Assembly (NCBI GenBank): GCA_003858585.1
Contig: RQZE01000007.1
Span: 90,001-122,000, forward strand
Length of the DNA: 32,000 bases
Source: Erysipelotrichaceae bacterium OH741_COT-311
Lineage (GTDB): Bacteria; Bacillota_I; Bacilli_A; Erysipelotrichales; Erysipelotrichaceae
Reading direction: 5' to 3'
Shown here: in pieces, positions 8,532-17,627 of the stretch
Layout of the letters: each line of letters begins with the position of its first letter
How positions within the stretch are numbered: the stretch's first letter is position 1
The notes under the pieces: model-generated
What the model was told of the DNA's origin: nothing
The model's database searches: none
The model's input: only the letters and a program-made list of their open reading frames with translations
Position numbers and translations under genes: made by a program

Positions 8532-10964
8532 TTAAATAAATAAATTCATATTAGAATTGTCACTATCATGTAACATCGTCGCAACTCCGCCAATTTCTAC
8601 TCCATCAATAAGCTCTTCTTTTGTGATTCCCATTACATCCATAGACATTTGACAAGCTACAATTTTAACCCCATTCGCTATTGCTTCTTGGATTAATTCT
8701 TCTAATGAAGAAACACCTTTCTTCTTCATTACTTGTTTCATCATTAATGAACCGGCACCTGCAAAATTCATCTTTGATAAACCTAGCTTACGACTTCCCT
8801 TAGGCATCATAAAACCAAACATATTAGAAATCATGTCCTTTTTAACATTTATTTTTTCATGTTTTCTTAAAATATTTAGACCCCAAAACGTAAAAAACAT
8901 ATTTACTTTATTTCCCATAGCCAATGCACCATTTGCAATAATAAAGGCTGCCATAGCTTTATCTAAATCTCCATCAAAAACAATCATTGTTTTTTCTTTA
9001 CCCGCAGTTGTACACGTCACATGATTACAAGCACTTTTCTTCAAAAGTTCCACTTCCCAAATACCCTTTGTTTCTTTTCTTGAAAGCAACTCATTTCCGG
9101 TATTTAGGCACCAACTTTCAATGTCTCTTGCAAAACCCGGGTCACTGGATTTTACGTGTAGAATTTCTCCATCTTTAAGTTCCGCCATCTTTTTACCAAC
9201 ATTAACAATCGGTCCCGGACAACACAAACCGCAAAGATCAATCGAAGTTACCTTTGTTTCTTCCTTAGCAACAAGTTTATCTTGTTCAATAGGCATACTC
9301 TTTACTTCTTGTGATTTAAGTTCGTTATAAGACTTAAAACCACCAATTAAATTACGTACTTTATACCCCTTTTGTTTTAAAATGCGTTCTGCTAGATACC
9401 CTCTTAATCCAACTGCACAATAAACAACAATTTCACTATTCTTATCTAACTTTGTATATTCTTTTCTTAGTTTTGTTAAAGGAATGCATACCGCATTATC
9501 CACAATACCATTGGCTGTTTCAGCATCTTCACGAACATCAACCAATACATATTGATCTTTTTTATTTTGCCATTCCTCATACGTAATCGGATTTGTTAAC
9601 CCTTCAAAAATATTGGTTGCATAGTAACCAACCATATTTACCGGATCTTTCGCTGATGAAAATGGTGGAGCATAAGCAAGTTCTAACTTTGTTAAATCAT
9701 AGATTGTTGCTTTAAAGTGCATACTTGTAGCAATCGTATCAATACGTTTATCTACACCATCATAACCTACAATTTGAGCCCCCAATACTCTTCCATCACT
9801 TAACGAAAACACAAGTTTCAATGTCATAGACAAAGCATTGGGATAATAACCTGCATGTGACATTGGATGTATCATCGCAATACCATAATCTTTCCATAAA
9901 GTTAAATTACGATTCTTTAAGCTCTTTTCATTTTCTCCTGTTGCTGCAACCGTTAAATCAAAAACTTTTACAATACTTGTTCCAATTGCTCCATCAAATG
10001 TTTCTTCTTTTTTACCCAAGATGTTTGCGGCAACAGCTCTTCCCTGTTTATTAGCAATCCCAGCCAGTGGAATCATCGTCTTTAAGTCATTTACTTTATT
10101 TGTTACTTCAATCATATCTCCTACTGCATAAATATCAGGATTGCTTGTTTGCATCTTCTCATTTACAATCACACCACCTCTTGCATTTAAAGCAATGCTT
10201 GTATCCTTTAAAAAGGCAGTATTTGGTCTTACACCAATCGAAAGTAAAATCATATCCGTATCTAACGTTGTACCATCTGTAAGTAACACTTGCTTCCCTT
10301 GATTTACAATCGCCTTTAAACCTGTCTTTACACGTAAATCCACTTGATGTTTTGTAACATGATTCTCTACAAGCTTAGCCATATCCTTATCTAATGGAGC
10401 TAAAATTTGATCGGCAAATTCTACAAGAGTAACCGAAATTCCACGATGGGCTAAGTTTTCTGCCATTTCAATCCCAATAAAACCACCGCCGGCAACCACC
10501 GCTTTTTTAGGTTGATGTTCTTGAATAAAATGATAAATCTTATCCGTATCCGGGATATTCCATAAAGTAAAGACATTTTCATTTTCTAAGCCTTCCATCG
10601 CCGGAACAAACGGATAAGAACCTGTTGAAAGTAATAACGCATCATAAGTTTCTTCATACTCTTGATTCTTTTTGTGATCTTTAATAATTACTTTTTTATT
10701 TACTTCATCAATACGAATTACTTCACTAAAATTTCGTATTTCCACTCCATATTTACCTTCAATAGATTGAATATTCGATACAAACAATGCGTCACGTTGT
10801 TTAATGGTATTTCCTATATAATACGGTAATCCACAGTTTGCAAAGGATACATACTCCCCTTTTTCAAGCAAAAGAATTTGGGCATCTTCATCCAATCTGC
10901 GTAATCTTGATATGGCAGTTGCTCCACCTGCAACTCCACCGACAACAATAATTTTTTTAGCCAT
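8532..10964 (-). CDS. CoA-disulfide/persulfide reductase fused to rhodanese, TusA-like and DsrE/DsrF-like domains (810 aa)
   Basis: GxGxxG (VVGGVAGG) and redox Cys in SFANCGLPYY (CoADR/NPSR signature). Rhodanese loop VVYCAVGLRGY. TusA motif CGLCCPGPIV. C-terminal DsrE-like block ...GVKIVACQMSMDVMG. GGAGGAG RBS; the start overlaps the arsR-family stop by 8 nt. Confidence 0.85.
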   Translation of the reverse strand: MAKKIIVVGGVAGGATAISRLRRLDEDAQILLLEKGEYVSFANCGLPYYIGNTIKQRDALFVSNIQSIEGKYGVEIRNFSEVIRIDEVNKKVIIKDHKKNQEYEETYDALLLSTGSYPFVPAMEGLENENVFTLWNIPDTDKIYHFIQEHQPKKAVVAGGGFIGIEMAENLAHRGISVTLVEFADQILAPLDKDMAKLVENHVTKHQVDLRVKTGLKAIVNQGKQVLLTDGTTLDTDMILLSIGVRPNTAFLKDTSIALNARGGVIVNEKMQTSNPDIYAVGDMIEVTNKVNDLKTMIPLAGIANKQGRAVAANILGKKEETFDGAIGTSIVKVFDLTVAATGENEKSLKNRNLTLWKDYGIAMIHPMSHAGYYPNALSMTLKLVFSLSDGRVLGAQIVGYDGVDKRIDTIATSMHFKATIYDLTKLELAYAPPFSSAKDPVNMVGYYATNIFEGLTNPITYEEWQNKKDQYVLVDVREDAETANGIVDNAVCIPLTKLRKEYTKLDKNSEIVVYCAVGLRGYLAERILKQKGYKVRNLIGGFKSYNELKSQEVKSMPIEQDKLVAKEETKVTSIDLCGLCCPGPIVNVGKKMAELKDGEILHVKSSDPGFARDIESWCLNTGNELLSRKETKGIWEVELLKKSACNHVTCTTAGKEKTMIVFDGDLDKAMAAFIIANGALAMGNKVNMFFTFWGLNILRKHEKINVKKDMISNMFGFMMPKGSRKLGLSKMNFAGAGSLMMKQVMKKKGVSSLEELIQEAIANGVKIVACQMSMDVMGITKEELIDGVEIGGVATMLHDSDNSNMNLFI

Positions 10965-11244
10965 GTTTCTCCTCCATATACAAAGCTCTAACTATTTTTT
11001 TTACAGTTTCATCTTTTAAAAAGTAATATACATTCTGTCCATCTTTTCGATAACCCAGAATATTTAATGATCGAAGTTTCGCCAAATGCTGACTGACACA
11101 AGATTGAGTTACTTCCATACAATTTGTAAAATACGTAACATTAGCCTCATCAATATTCATTAACTTTGTAATCAAACAAAGTCTTACCGGATTAGCAATT
11201 GCTTTTAAAAGTTCGGCTTTCTTAATCAATTCTTCTCTTTCCAT
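10957..11244 (-). CDS. ArsR/SmtB-family winged-helix transcriptional regulator
   Basis: 95 aa. LLKAIANPVRLCLITKL and ...TQSCVSQHLAKLRSLNILGYRKDGQNVYY fit the ArsR HTH and wing. Three Cys residues (23, 42, 49). Confidence 0.85.
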   Translation of the reverse strand: MEREELIKKAELLKAIANPVRLCLITKLMNIDEANVTYFTNCMEVTQSCVSQHLAKLRSLNILGYRKDGQNVYYFLKDETVKKIVRALYMEEKHG

Positions 11245-11260
11245 TTTATTACTCTCCTTT

Positions 11261-11288
11261 ATATTATTATATTCGAATATTATAATAT
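11261..11288. promoter_or_regulatory. 28-bp near-perfect palindrome: candidate ArsR-family operator overlapping the arsR-CoADR promoter
   Basis: ATATTATTATAT-TCGA-ATATTATAATAT: 12-nt arms with 11/12 complementary. It overlaps a minus-strand promoter, TTGATA (11293-11288), 16-nt spacer, TATAAT (11271-11266). Confidence 0.55.
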
Positions 11289-11330
11289 ATCAATCTATTT
11301 GCTTGTTTTATTTTTACAAGATATATATCG

Positions 11331-11339
11331 TGCTATAAT
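11331..11339 (+). promoter_or_regulatory. Extended -10 promoter element (TGcTATAAT) for the ABC transporter operon
   Basis: TGCTATAAT lies 33 nt upstream of ATG 11372, with a TTTACA-like -35 upstream. Confidence 0.45.
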
Positions 11340-11371
11340 TTTCCTAACAAACCATTGAAAGGACAATCATT

Positions 11372-12469
11372 ATGTTTTTAGCACTCAAAGAAATAAAAAA
11401 AGAAAAAGGACGATTTCTATTAATCATCAGCATTGTAGTACTCATTAGTTATTTAGTTTATTTTTTACTGGGTTTAGCCTACGGACTAGCATTGGACAAT
11501 ACCACTGCCATCTATCGACTACAAGCTAAAAAAATAATCTTAGCGGATGGTTCCAATAAAAACATTCAATCCTCTTTAATTGAATTAGAAACCCTGCAAC
11601 AGGAACTAAAAGGATTAGATTACTCCTTGATAAACCTAGGACGTTCATCTGCCTATATCAATGGTCAAAAAGATGATCGACATACAATTTCCCTTGTCAT
11701 TATAGGTAGTGAAAGCAATGCCAAGATTGCTCCTACCATTCTAGAAGGCAGAGCAGTAATGCAGGATAATGAAGCTGTAGCCAGTATCTCTTTAAAACAT
11801 GAAAAAGACTTAGCTATTGGAGATACCATAAAAATTGCTATGAATGAAAAAGAATTTAAAGTGGTCGGATTTACCTCTGAAGCAAAATATAACACTTCAT
11901 CTGTAATTTATACCGACTTGGAAAATGCCTCTGCTGCTTCTATGATTTTCAAAGCTGATGATACTAAAGAACCTATTAAAATTTTAAAACGTGTATCAGC
12001 AGCTGTCATTCATACCGATGAACCCATAACATTAACATCAAACTTAGAAATTATTAGTATTCAGGACTTTATTAATAGTATTCCTGGATACCAAGCCCAA
12101 ATTCTAACTTTTGGACTTATGATTATCTTTCTAGTTTTAATCTCTTCCATTGTATTAGGTGTCTTTTTATACATTATTACCATTCAAAAAAAACAAACAT
12201 TCGGTATCATGAAAGTACAAGGGATTTCAAGTTCCTACATTTCAAAATCAGTGTTATTACAAACCCTTATTGTAAGTGTTAGTGGATTGTTCATAGGCAT
12301 TTCATTGACCTATATTACACAATTATTCTTGCCCGTTCGTGTGCCATTTAAAATTGATCTTTTATTTATAATCGCAATCACCTTACTAATGATTTTTACA
12401 ACCATTCTTGGTGCCTTATTCTCAGTAAAAAGTGTTGCCAAAGTAGATCCATTAGAAGTATTGAACTAG
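11372..12469 (+). CDS. ABC transporter permease, FtsX/MacB-like (4 TM with a large extracytoplasmic loop)
   Basis: N-terminal TM helix, about 200-aa loop, then three C-terminal TM helices with the FtsX-like block QKKQTFGIMKVQGISSSYI. Confidence 0.85.
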   Translation: MFLALKEIKKEKGRFLLIISIVVLISYLVYFLLGLAYGLALDNTTAIYRLQAKKIILADGSNKNIQSSLIELETLQQELKGLDYSLINLGRSSAYINGQKDDRHTISLVIIGSESNAKIAPTILEGRAVMQDNEAVASISLKHEKDLAIGDTIKIAMNEKEFKVVGFTSEAKYNTSSVIYTDLENASAASMIFKADDTKEPIKILKRVSAAVIHTDEPITLTSNLEIISIQDFINSIPGYQAQILTFGLMIIFLVLISSIVLGVFLYIITIQKKQTFGIMKVQGISSSYISKSVLLQTLIVSVSGLFIGISLTYITQLFLPVRVPFKIDLLFIIAITLLMIFTTILGALFSVKSVAKVDPLEVLN

Positions 12470-12480
12470 GAGGAAACAAG

Positions 12481-13152
12481 ATGGAAATTATGAAATTTGA
12501 ACAAGTCTATAAAAATTTTATAGATAACGGCGAAACAATACAAGCTTTAAAAGAAACAAGCTTCACATTACATGCCGGTGAACTTGTAGCAATCATTGGA
12601 CCAAGTGGTTCCGGTAAATCTACTTTATTAACCATGATGGGTGGTTTACAACGTCCTACCGGAGGCAAAATAACGTTCAAAGGTCAAGCACTTGATACCA
12701 TGGATGAAGATAAACGCAATATACTTAGATTTGATGAAATCGGATTTATTCTTCAAGCATCCAACCTAGTTCCTTACCTTACTATCGAAGAACAGTTTCA
12801 GCTTGTTGACAAATTCGAAAAACGCAAATATGATAAAGCAAAAAGTGAAGAATTGATGAAGAAAATGGACATTTTAAAACGTCGCAATCAATATCCATCT
12901 GATTTATCAGGTGGAGAGCGTCAAAGAGCAGCTATTTGTAGAGCCTTATATACCAATCCCTCTTTACTTCTAGCTGATGAACCTACCGCAAGTTTAGACT
13001 CTAAGAAAGCAATGGATGTTATTAAGCTCATGCAAGAAATTACAAGAAATTCCAATCGTACCACAGTCCTTGTAACCCATGATGACCGTTTATTAGATTA
13101 TTGTGATCGAGTCTTTAAGATTGTCGATGGCATACTAACACAAGAGCGTTAA
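12481..13152 (+). CDS. ABC transporter ATP-binding protein
   Basis: Walker A GPSGSGKST, signature LSGGERQR, Walker B LLLADEPT, H-loop VTHD. AGGAGGA RBS. Confidence 0.9.
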   Translation: MEIMKFEQVYKNFIDNGETIQALKETSFTLHAGELVAIIGPSGSGKSTLLTMMGGLQRPTGGKITFKGQALDTMDEDKRNILRFDEIGFILQASNLVPYLTIEEQFQLVDKFEKRKYDKAKSEELMKKMDILKRRNQYPSDLSGGERQRAAICRALYTNPSLLLADEPTASLDSKKAMDVIKLMQEITRNSNRTTVLVTHDDRLLDYCDRVFKIVDGILTQER

Positions 13153-13153
13153 T

Positions 13154-13519
13154 ATGAGACTATGGCATGAAGATTTAATCTCAAAATTGCCCTACCAACA
13201 ATTACTAGGTCAACATCGAGAATGTTGTGCTTTAAGAGGCAATGGATGGAAGAAAAAACACGCAACAGTAAACTATGTTTTTCAACATCCTTTTTATAAA
13301 CTTTATCAATATCATAAAAAAGTAATGGAAGAAATGAAACTTAGAGGCTACCAACCAGATAACATATGGATGAATCCTTTATATCGTGGAAAACAATGTG
13401 CATCCTTGCAAAGCATCCAAGAATTTTCACAAACCTATCCTATTTATCCGGAGCATAATCAACATTACAAGCTAGAGTGTTTAAATAATTTAAAAGAAAA
13501 AGGAATCGTTATAAAATGA
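13154..13519 (+). CDS. TIGR02328-type / pyrimidine-dimer DNA glycosylase (T4 DenV)-like small protein
   Basis: MRLWHEDLISKLPYQQLLGQHRECCALRG... matches my recollection of the conserved N-terminus of this family (L..L....L...RE as in T4 endonuclease V). The ATG lies 1 nt after the ABC ATPase stop. Confidence 0.6.
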   Translation: MRLWHEDLISKLPYQQLLGQHRECCALRGNGWKKKHATVNYVFQHPFYKLYQYHKKVMEEMKLRGYQPDNIWMNPLYRGKQCASLQSIQEFSQTYPIYPEHNQHYKLECLNNLKEKGIVIK

Positions 13520-13521
13520 AA

Positions 13522-13549
13522 AGAGAAATCCTATGATTTCTCTTTTTTA
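13522..13549. terminator. Bidirectional rho-independent terminator
   Basis: AGAGAAATC (13522-13530) - ctat - GATTTCTCT (13535-13543), followed by TTTTT. Confidence 0.65.
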
Positions 13550-15907
13550 TGGCTTTAATATCAATTTTGAACCAACTACTTCCTCTTGGAAGGATTGTTT
13601 TGTATAAGTTCCATCTACCCAATTTTTAATTTGATTTTTATAATACTTAGACATAAAGTGTCCACTTTGACCCGGACCAACAATATGGTAAGCTCCATTA
13701 TCCATAAAATCATAGACAAAGCGCCAACTTGCTCCATGATCTACAATACCTGTTTCATTTTGACTTGCAGCCTGCACTGTAATTTTAGAACCACTAATTG
13801 AATGTGTCTTTGGATTTAATATATACGCCAAAATTGGTGATGCTGCTGATAAGCTATTCTTAAATAATAATTTATGTCCATTGCCCCATTTCCAAGCCTG
13901 AACATTCGTTCCATACTTTTGTTTTAAGGTTGAAATCGTTTCTTTGAAACTAATTGTCAGCACCTCTTTAATACCACCTTGTTTAAGAAAGACTTCTAAT
14001 GATTCATTATGGAAAGCTTTTCGTAACAGTTCATCCGTATAATGTTCTTTATGTGGCATAAAGTGATACACGTACTCATCCATCCAAGAACGATACGTTA
14101 CTTCTCTTAGTTTCATCATCCATGTATGAAAAATTAACGGAGCTGCAAGATCTTTATCATCTTGTAAATTCCAATGTTCTAAAATGGCAATAACTTCTTG
14201 TTCTTCTTCAGAAGCATTGGTATGTTTTAGCATATCTTTTAAAAACTCACGAGCATACAAATTTTCTACATCCATTTGTAATGCTTGCATATCTTGATAT
14301 GTAAACCGTTTAGCTTCACTTAACACTTCATCAATACGTTGTTTACGATAAGGTTGTGCCCAAACATTAGAAACAAAATACGGATAGTCAGGGGTTGTAT
14401 TCGTATTGGCAGTAGCGATAAATCCACTTTCGGGATTTTCAATCTTTGGAAGATGTTCAAACGGAATATATCCACTCCATGCATATTCACTTAAATAACC
14501 TGGTACCGGTAAAACTCCATTTCCCTTCTTTCTAATTGGAATAATTCCATTCGCTTTAAATGCAATATTTCCCTTTTGATCTGCAAAAACAAAGTTTTGA
14601 GCTGGTACTTTAAATTCTTCTAAACCTTTCTCAAATTCTTGCCAATTACTTGCCTTATTAATCATTAAAATTGCTTCTAACTCTTTGGTTGCTTCAAACG
14701 CTGTCCAACGCATAGAAAATAATGAATCTGTTTCAAGCGCTTTTGTTTCTTTTGTTTCAGGATGTTTTACTTGTAATAAATCATTGATAATAGGTCCATT
14801 CTTAGTATAAATAACTTCAAAAGAAACAGGATCTTTTCCTTTTACCTTAAGTTTATAATCTTTTACATCTGCTTGATAATATGAACCATCATATTCAAAT
14901 TCATACTTGTTATCTGGATTTTGTTTTTCAATATATAAGTCTTGTACATCTGGGCCATAATTTGTTACACCCCAAGCAACTTCTTCATTATGTCCCAAGA
15001 TAATCCCAGGAATACCTGCAAAAATTACCCCCGAGACATGTAGTGTTGGTGCTTGTAACGTCATTTGATACCAAATAGATGGAGTTGATAAAGATAGATG
15101 TGGATCATCCGCTAATAAAGGCTTGCCTGATTCTGTCTTTAAACCGGAAACAACCCAGTTATTACTTCCATTATCTAGATGAGGCGTTTGATATGTCATC
15201 GCCTTTTGATCAATGCGAAGCATTGCTTGTTGATTGTAACGAATAATTTCATCAATATCATCATCTTGCTCAATCGCGATGCTATTCATTTCTTTAAACA
15301 CAGTTTCCCCAAGCGTATTTAATGTCCAGTTATTGAAGGCTTGATAACTCCAATGTCCCCCTAAATCATAAGCCATGTATTTACCAATTGTTAAAGAATC
15401 AATCGGTGTCCAAGGTTCCGGCTTATAACCTAAAAGTAAAAATTCATACGGCAAACGATGATTCTTAATCGCATAATCAATGTATGCATTAACACCATCA
15501 GCATAATCTTGCAACACTTGTTTAGCTTCTGGACTATAAATCTCATAAGAGTTTTCTGCTGCCATACGTAATGAAAAAATCAAAAACTTTTTATCATTTT
15601 CAAGTGCCACTTCCCCAAAGATTTCTGACAATCTACCTGATGCTTGTCTTCTTGCTAAGTCCATTTGAAATAAGCGATCTTGAGCTTGTATAAACCCTTG
15701 AGCTTTATATAAATCACTTTCATTTTGTGCAATAATTGTAGGAACACCTTTTTGATCACGAATCACTTCAACTGTATCAATTAAACCGATAAGTTGCATT
15801 TGACCTTTTGTTTTTGGAAGAGAACGTTGTAATAATAAAGTAAGTCCTGTAACTGCAATTACAGATAAAACAATAAAACCAATCAGCAATCGTTTCAATA
15901 TCTTCAT
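13547..15907 (-). CDS. Penicillin acylase / penicillin amidase family Ntn-hydrolase (membrane-anchored or secreted)
   Basis: 786 aa. N-terminal hydrophobic signal/anchor. LFQMDLARR block, and the beta-subunit N-terminal nucleophile context DNGSNNWVVSG typical of the S45 family. Confidence 0.85.
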   Translation of the reverse strand: MKILKRLLIGFIVLSVIAVTGLTLLLQRSLPKTKGQMQLIGLIDTVEVIRDQKGVPTIIAQNESDLYKAQGFIQAQDRLFQMDLARRQASGRLSEIFGEVALENDKKFLIFSLRMAAENSYEIYSPEAKQVLQDYADGVNAYIDYAIKNHRLPYEFLLLGYKPEPWTPIDSLTIGKYMAYDLGGHWSYQAFNNWTLNTLGETVFKEMNSIAIEQDDDIDEIIRYNQQAMLRIDQKAMTYQTPHLDNGSNNWVVSGLKTESGKPLLADDPHLSLSTPSIWYQMTLQAPTLHVSGVIFAGIPGIILGHNEEVAWGVTNYGPDVQDLYIEKQNPDNKYEFEYDGSYYQADVKDYKLKVKGKDPVSFEVIYTKNGPIINDLLQVKHPETKETKALETDSLFSMRWTAFEATKELEAILMINKASNWQEFEKGLEEFKVPAQNFVFADQKGNIAFKANGIIPIRKKGNGVLPVPGYLSEYAWSGYIPFEHLPKIENPESGFIATANTNTTPDYPYFVSNVWAQPYRKQRIDEVLSEAKRFTYQDMQALQMDVENLYAREFLKDMLKHTNASEEEQEVIAILEHWNLQDDKDLAAPLIFHTWMMKLREVTYRSWMDEYVYHFMPHKEHYTDELLRKAFHNESLEVFLKQGGIKEVLTISFKETISTLKQKYGTNVQAWKWGNGHKLLFKNSLSAASPILAYILNPKTHSISGSKITVQAASQNETGIVDHGASWRFVYDFMDNGAYHIVGPGQSGHFMSKYYKNQIKNWVDGTYTKQSFQEEVVGSKLILKP

Positions 15908-16042
15908 AAATTTTCTCCTATAAGCCGAATTATAAATATTCTATTTTCTAAAAGCAAGTTTTATTATTTTCGATGACATTCAAATTCTGTATTTTAGCAT
16001 TCAATGCTATAATGATTAGGTCAAAAGAATAGGGAGGCAGTT

Positions 16043-16630
16043 ATGAAAATTTTATTTATAAGACATGGAGAGACAGACTGGAATAAACAATGTAAAGTAC
16101 AAGGAGTAACCGATATTCCGTTAAATCAACATGGTATTGAAACTTCTACACGACAAGGTCATAAACTCAATGCCTTTAATATCGTTGCTGCCTACAGCAG
16201 TCAATTATCAAGAGCCTATCACACAGGTTGTTTAATGCTAGCACACTCTAAACATAAACACTTAACGATTCACACAGATAAACGCATTATGGAACGTTCA
16301 TTTGGGAAATTAGAGGGATATACATTTCAACAATACTATGATTCCCTAAACGGTGAATTAGGTAAAACCGTAGAAAGAGAAGAACAGGTTCATAAACGTA
16401 TTCGTAATTTCTTATTGGAGTGCTATGAAAAACATCAACATGAGACCATCGTTGTAGTAAGTCATGGCGGATGTATCAAACATTTCTTACATTTTGAAAA
16501 ACTCATCCCTACTAAAGAAATTATATTTAGTGATGAGCAATATAAAAAATACCGTCATATTCCCAACAACTCCATTCACGAACTTGAATATAACGGTACT
16601 CATTTTACGTTATTAAACTTTAATCTTTAA
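16043..16630 (+). CDS. Histidine phosphatase (phosphoglycerate mutase) family protein
   Basis: RHGETDWN catalytic motif at the N-terminus and a later SHGG motif. GGGAGG RBS. TGCTATAAT extended -10 at 16005-16013. Confidence 0.85.
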   Translation: MKILFIRHGETDWNKQCKVQGVTDIPLNQHGIETSTRQGHKLNAFNIVAAYSSQLSRAYHTGCLMLAHSKHKHLTIHTDKRIMERSFGKLEGYTFQQYYDSLNGELGKTVEREEQVHKRIRNFLLECYEKHQHETIVVVSHGGCIKHFLHFEKLIPTKEIIFSDEQYKKYRHIPNNSIHELEYNGTHFTLLNFNL

Positions 16631-16653
16631 GTACTATCATTAGTACTTTTTAT
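16630..16653 (+). terminator. Rho-independent terminator of the phosphatase gene
   Basis: AGTACTA (16630-16636) - tcat - TAGTACT (16641-16647), then TTTTTATTT. Overlaps the nrdF stop. Confidence 0.55.
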
Positions 16654-17615
16654 TTCGGCATCCACTTAATATAATCTTCATCATCCATTGCCTCTACTGC
16701 CCCAAGTAAATAACCATTTCCAACTTGCGAGAAGAAATCATGATTACTTGTTCCTGTAGAAATACCATTCATAACAATTGGATCTACATCTTCAGCTGTA
16801 TCCGGAAACAATGGATCGAAACCTAAGTTTGCCAATGCCTTATTCGCATTATAACGAATAAACACCTTTACCTTTTCACTCCAACCTACTTTATCATAAA
16901 TTTCTTGTGTAAACTTTGTTTCATTTGTATACAAATCAAAAATTGTTTCAAACACCCAATTCTTTAATTCTTCTTGTTCTTGTTCACTCAGTTGATTATA
17001 ACCTAATTGAAACTTATAACCGATGTATGTTCCATGTACAGATTCATCTCTTAAAATAAGCTTAATAATTTCAGCAACATTAGCTAATTTATTATTTCCA
17101 AGATACCACAATGGTGCATAAAACCCGGAATAAAATAAGAAAGACTCTAACATAACACTAATTGCTTTACGTTGTAAGGCAGAACCATGCTGATATACTT
17201 CATTAATACGTTTAGCCTTCCATTGTAATAATTCATTCGAATTAACCCAAGAAAAAATCTCTTCAATTTCAGCCTTAGTATTTAACGTACTGAAAATCGA
17301 TGAATAACTTTTTGCATGTACAGATTCCATAAATTGAATATTATTTAATACAGCCTCTTCATGTTGACTACGAACATCTTTACGAATCGCATCCACACCA
17401 TCTTGTGATTGAAGGGTATCCAACAATGTTAAACCACCAAATACCTTCGCAACCATATCTTGTTCAATTGCGGATAATGTTCTCCAATCATCTAAATCAT
17501 TTGACAATGGAATACGTGTATCCAACCAAAATTGTTCTGTCAGTTTTTCCCAAGTTAACTTATCAATCATATCTTCAATATTATTCCAGTTAACCGCAAT
17601 ATAATTATCACTCAT
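16650..17615 (-). CDS. nrdF: Ribonucleotide reductase class Ib beta subunit
   Basis: 321 aa. Di-metal ligand blocks (MESVHAKSYS, RDESVHG) and radical Tyr context (SFLFYSGFY). Position directly after nrdE. Confidence 0.95.
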   Translation of the reverse strand: MSDNYIAVNWNNIEDMIDKLTWEKLTEQFWLDTRIPLSNDLDDWRTLSAIEQDMVAKVFGGLTLLDTLQSQDGVDAIRKDVRSQHEEAVLNNIQFMESVHAKSYSSIFSTLNTKAEIEEIFSWVNSNELLQWKAKRINEVYQHGSALQRKAISVMLESFLFYSGFYAPLWYLGNNKLANVAEIIKLILRDESVHGTYIGYKFQLGYNQLSEQEQEELKNWVFETIFDLYTNETKFTQEIYDKVGWSEKVKVFIRYNANKALANLGFDPLFPDTAEDVDPIVMNGISTGTSNHDFFSQVGNGYLLGAVEAMDDEDYIKWMPK

Positions 17616-17627
17616 TGTTACACCACC

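Noticed and set aside
8833-10282. Five short plus-strand ORFs (63-71 aa) listed in the track
   Set aside because: All are embedded antisense within the 810-aa CoADR-fusion gene, which has unambiguous motifs throughout. None has an RBS or a recognisable motif.
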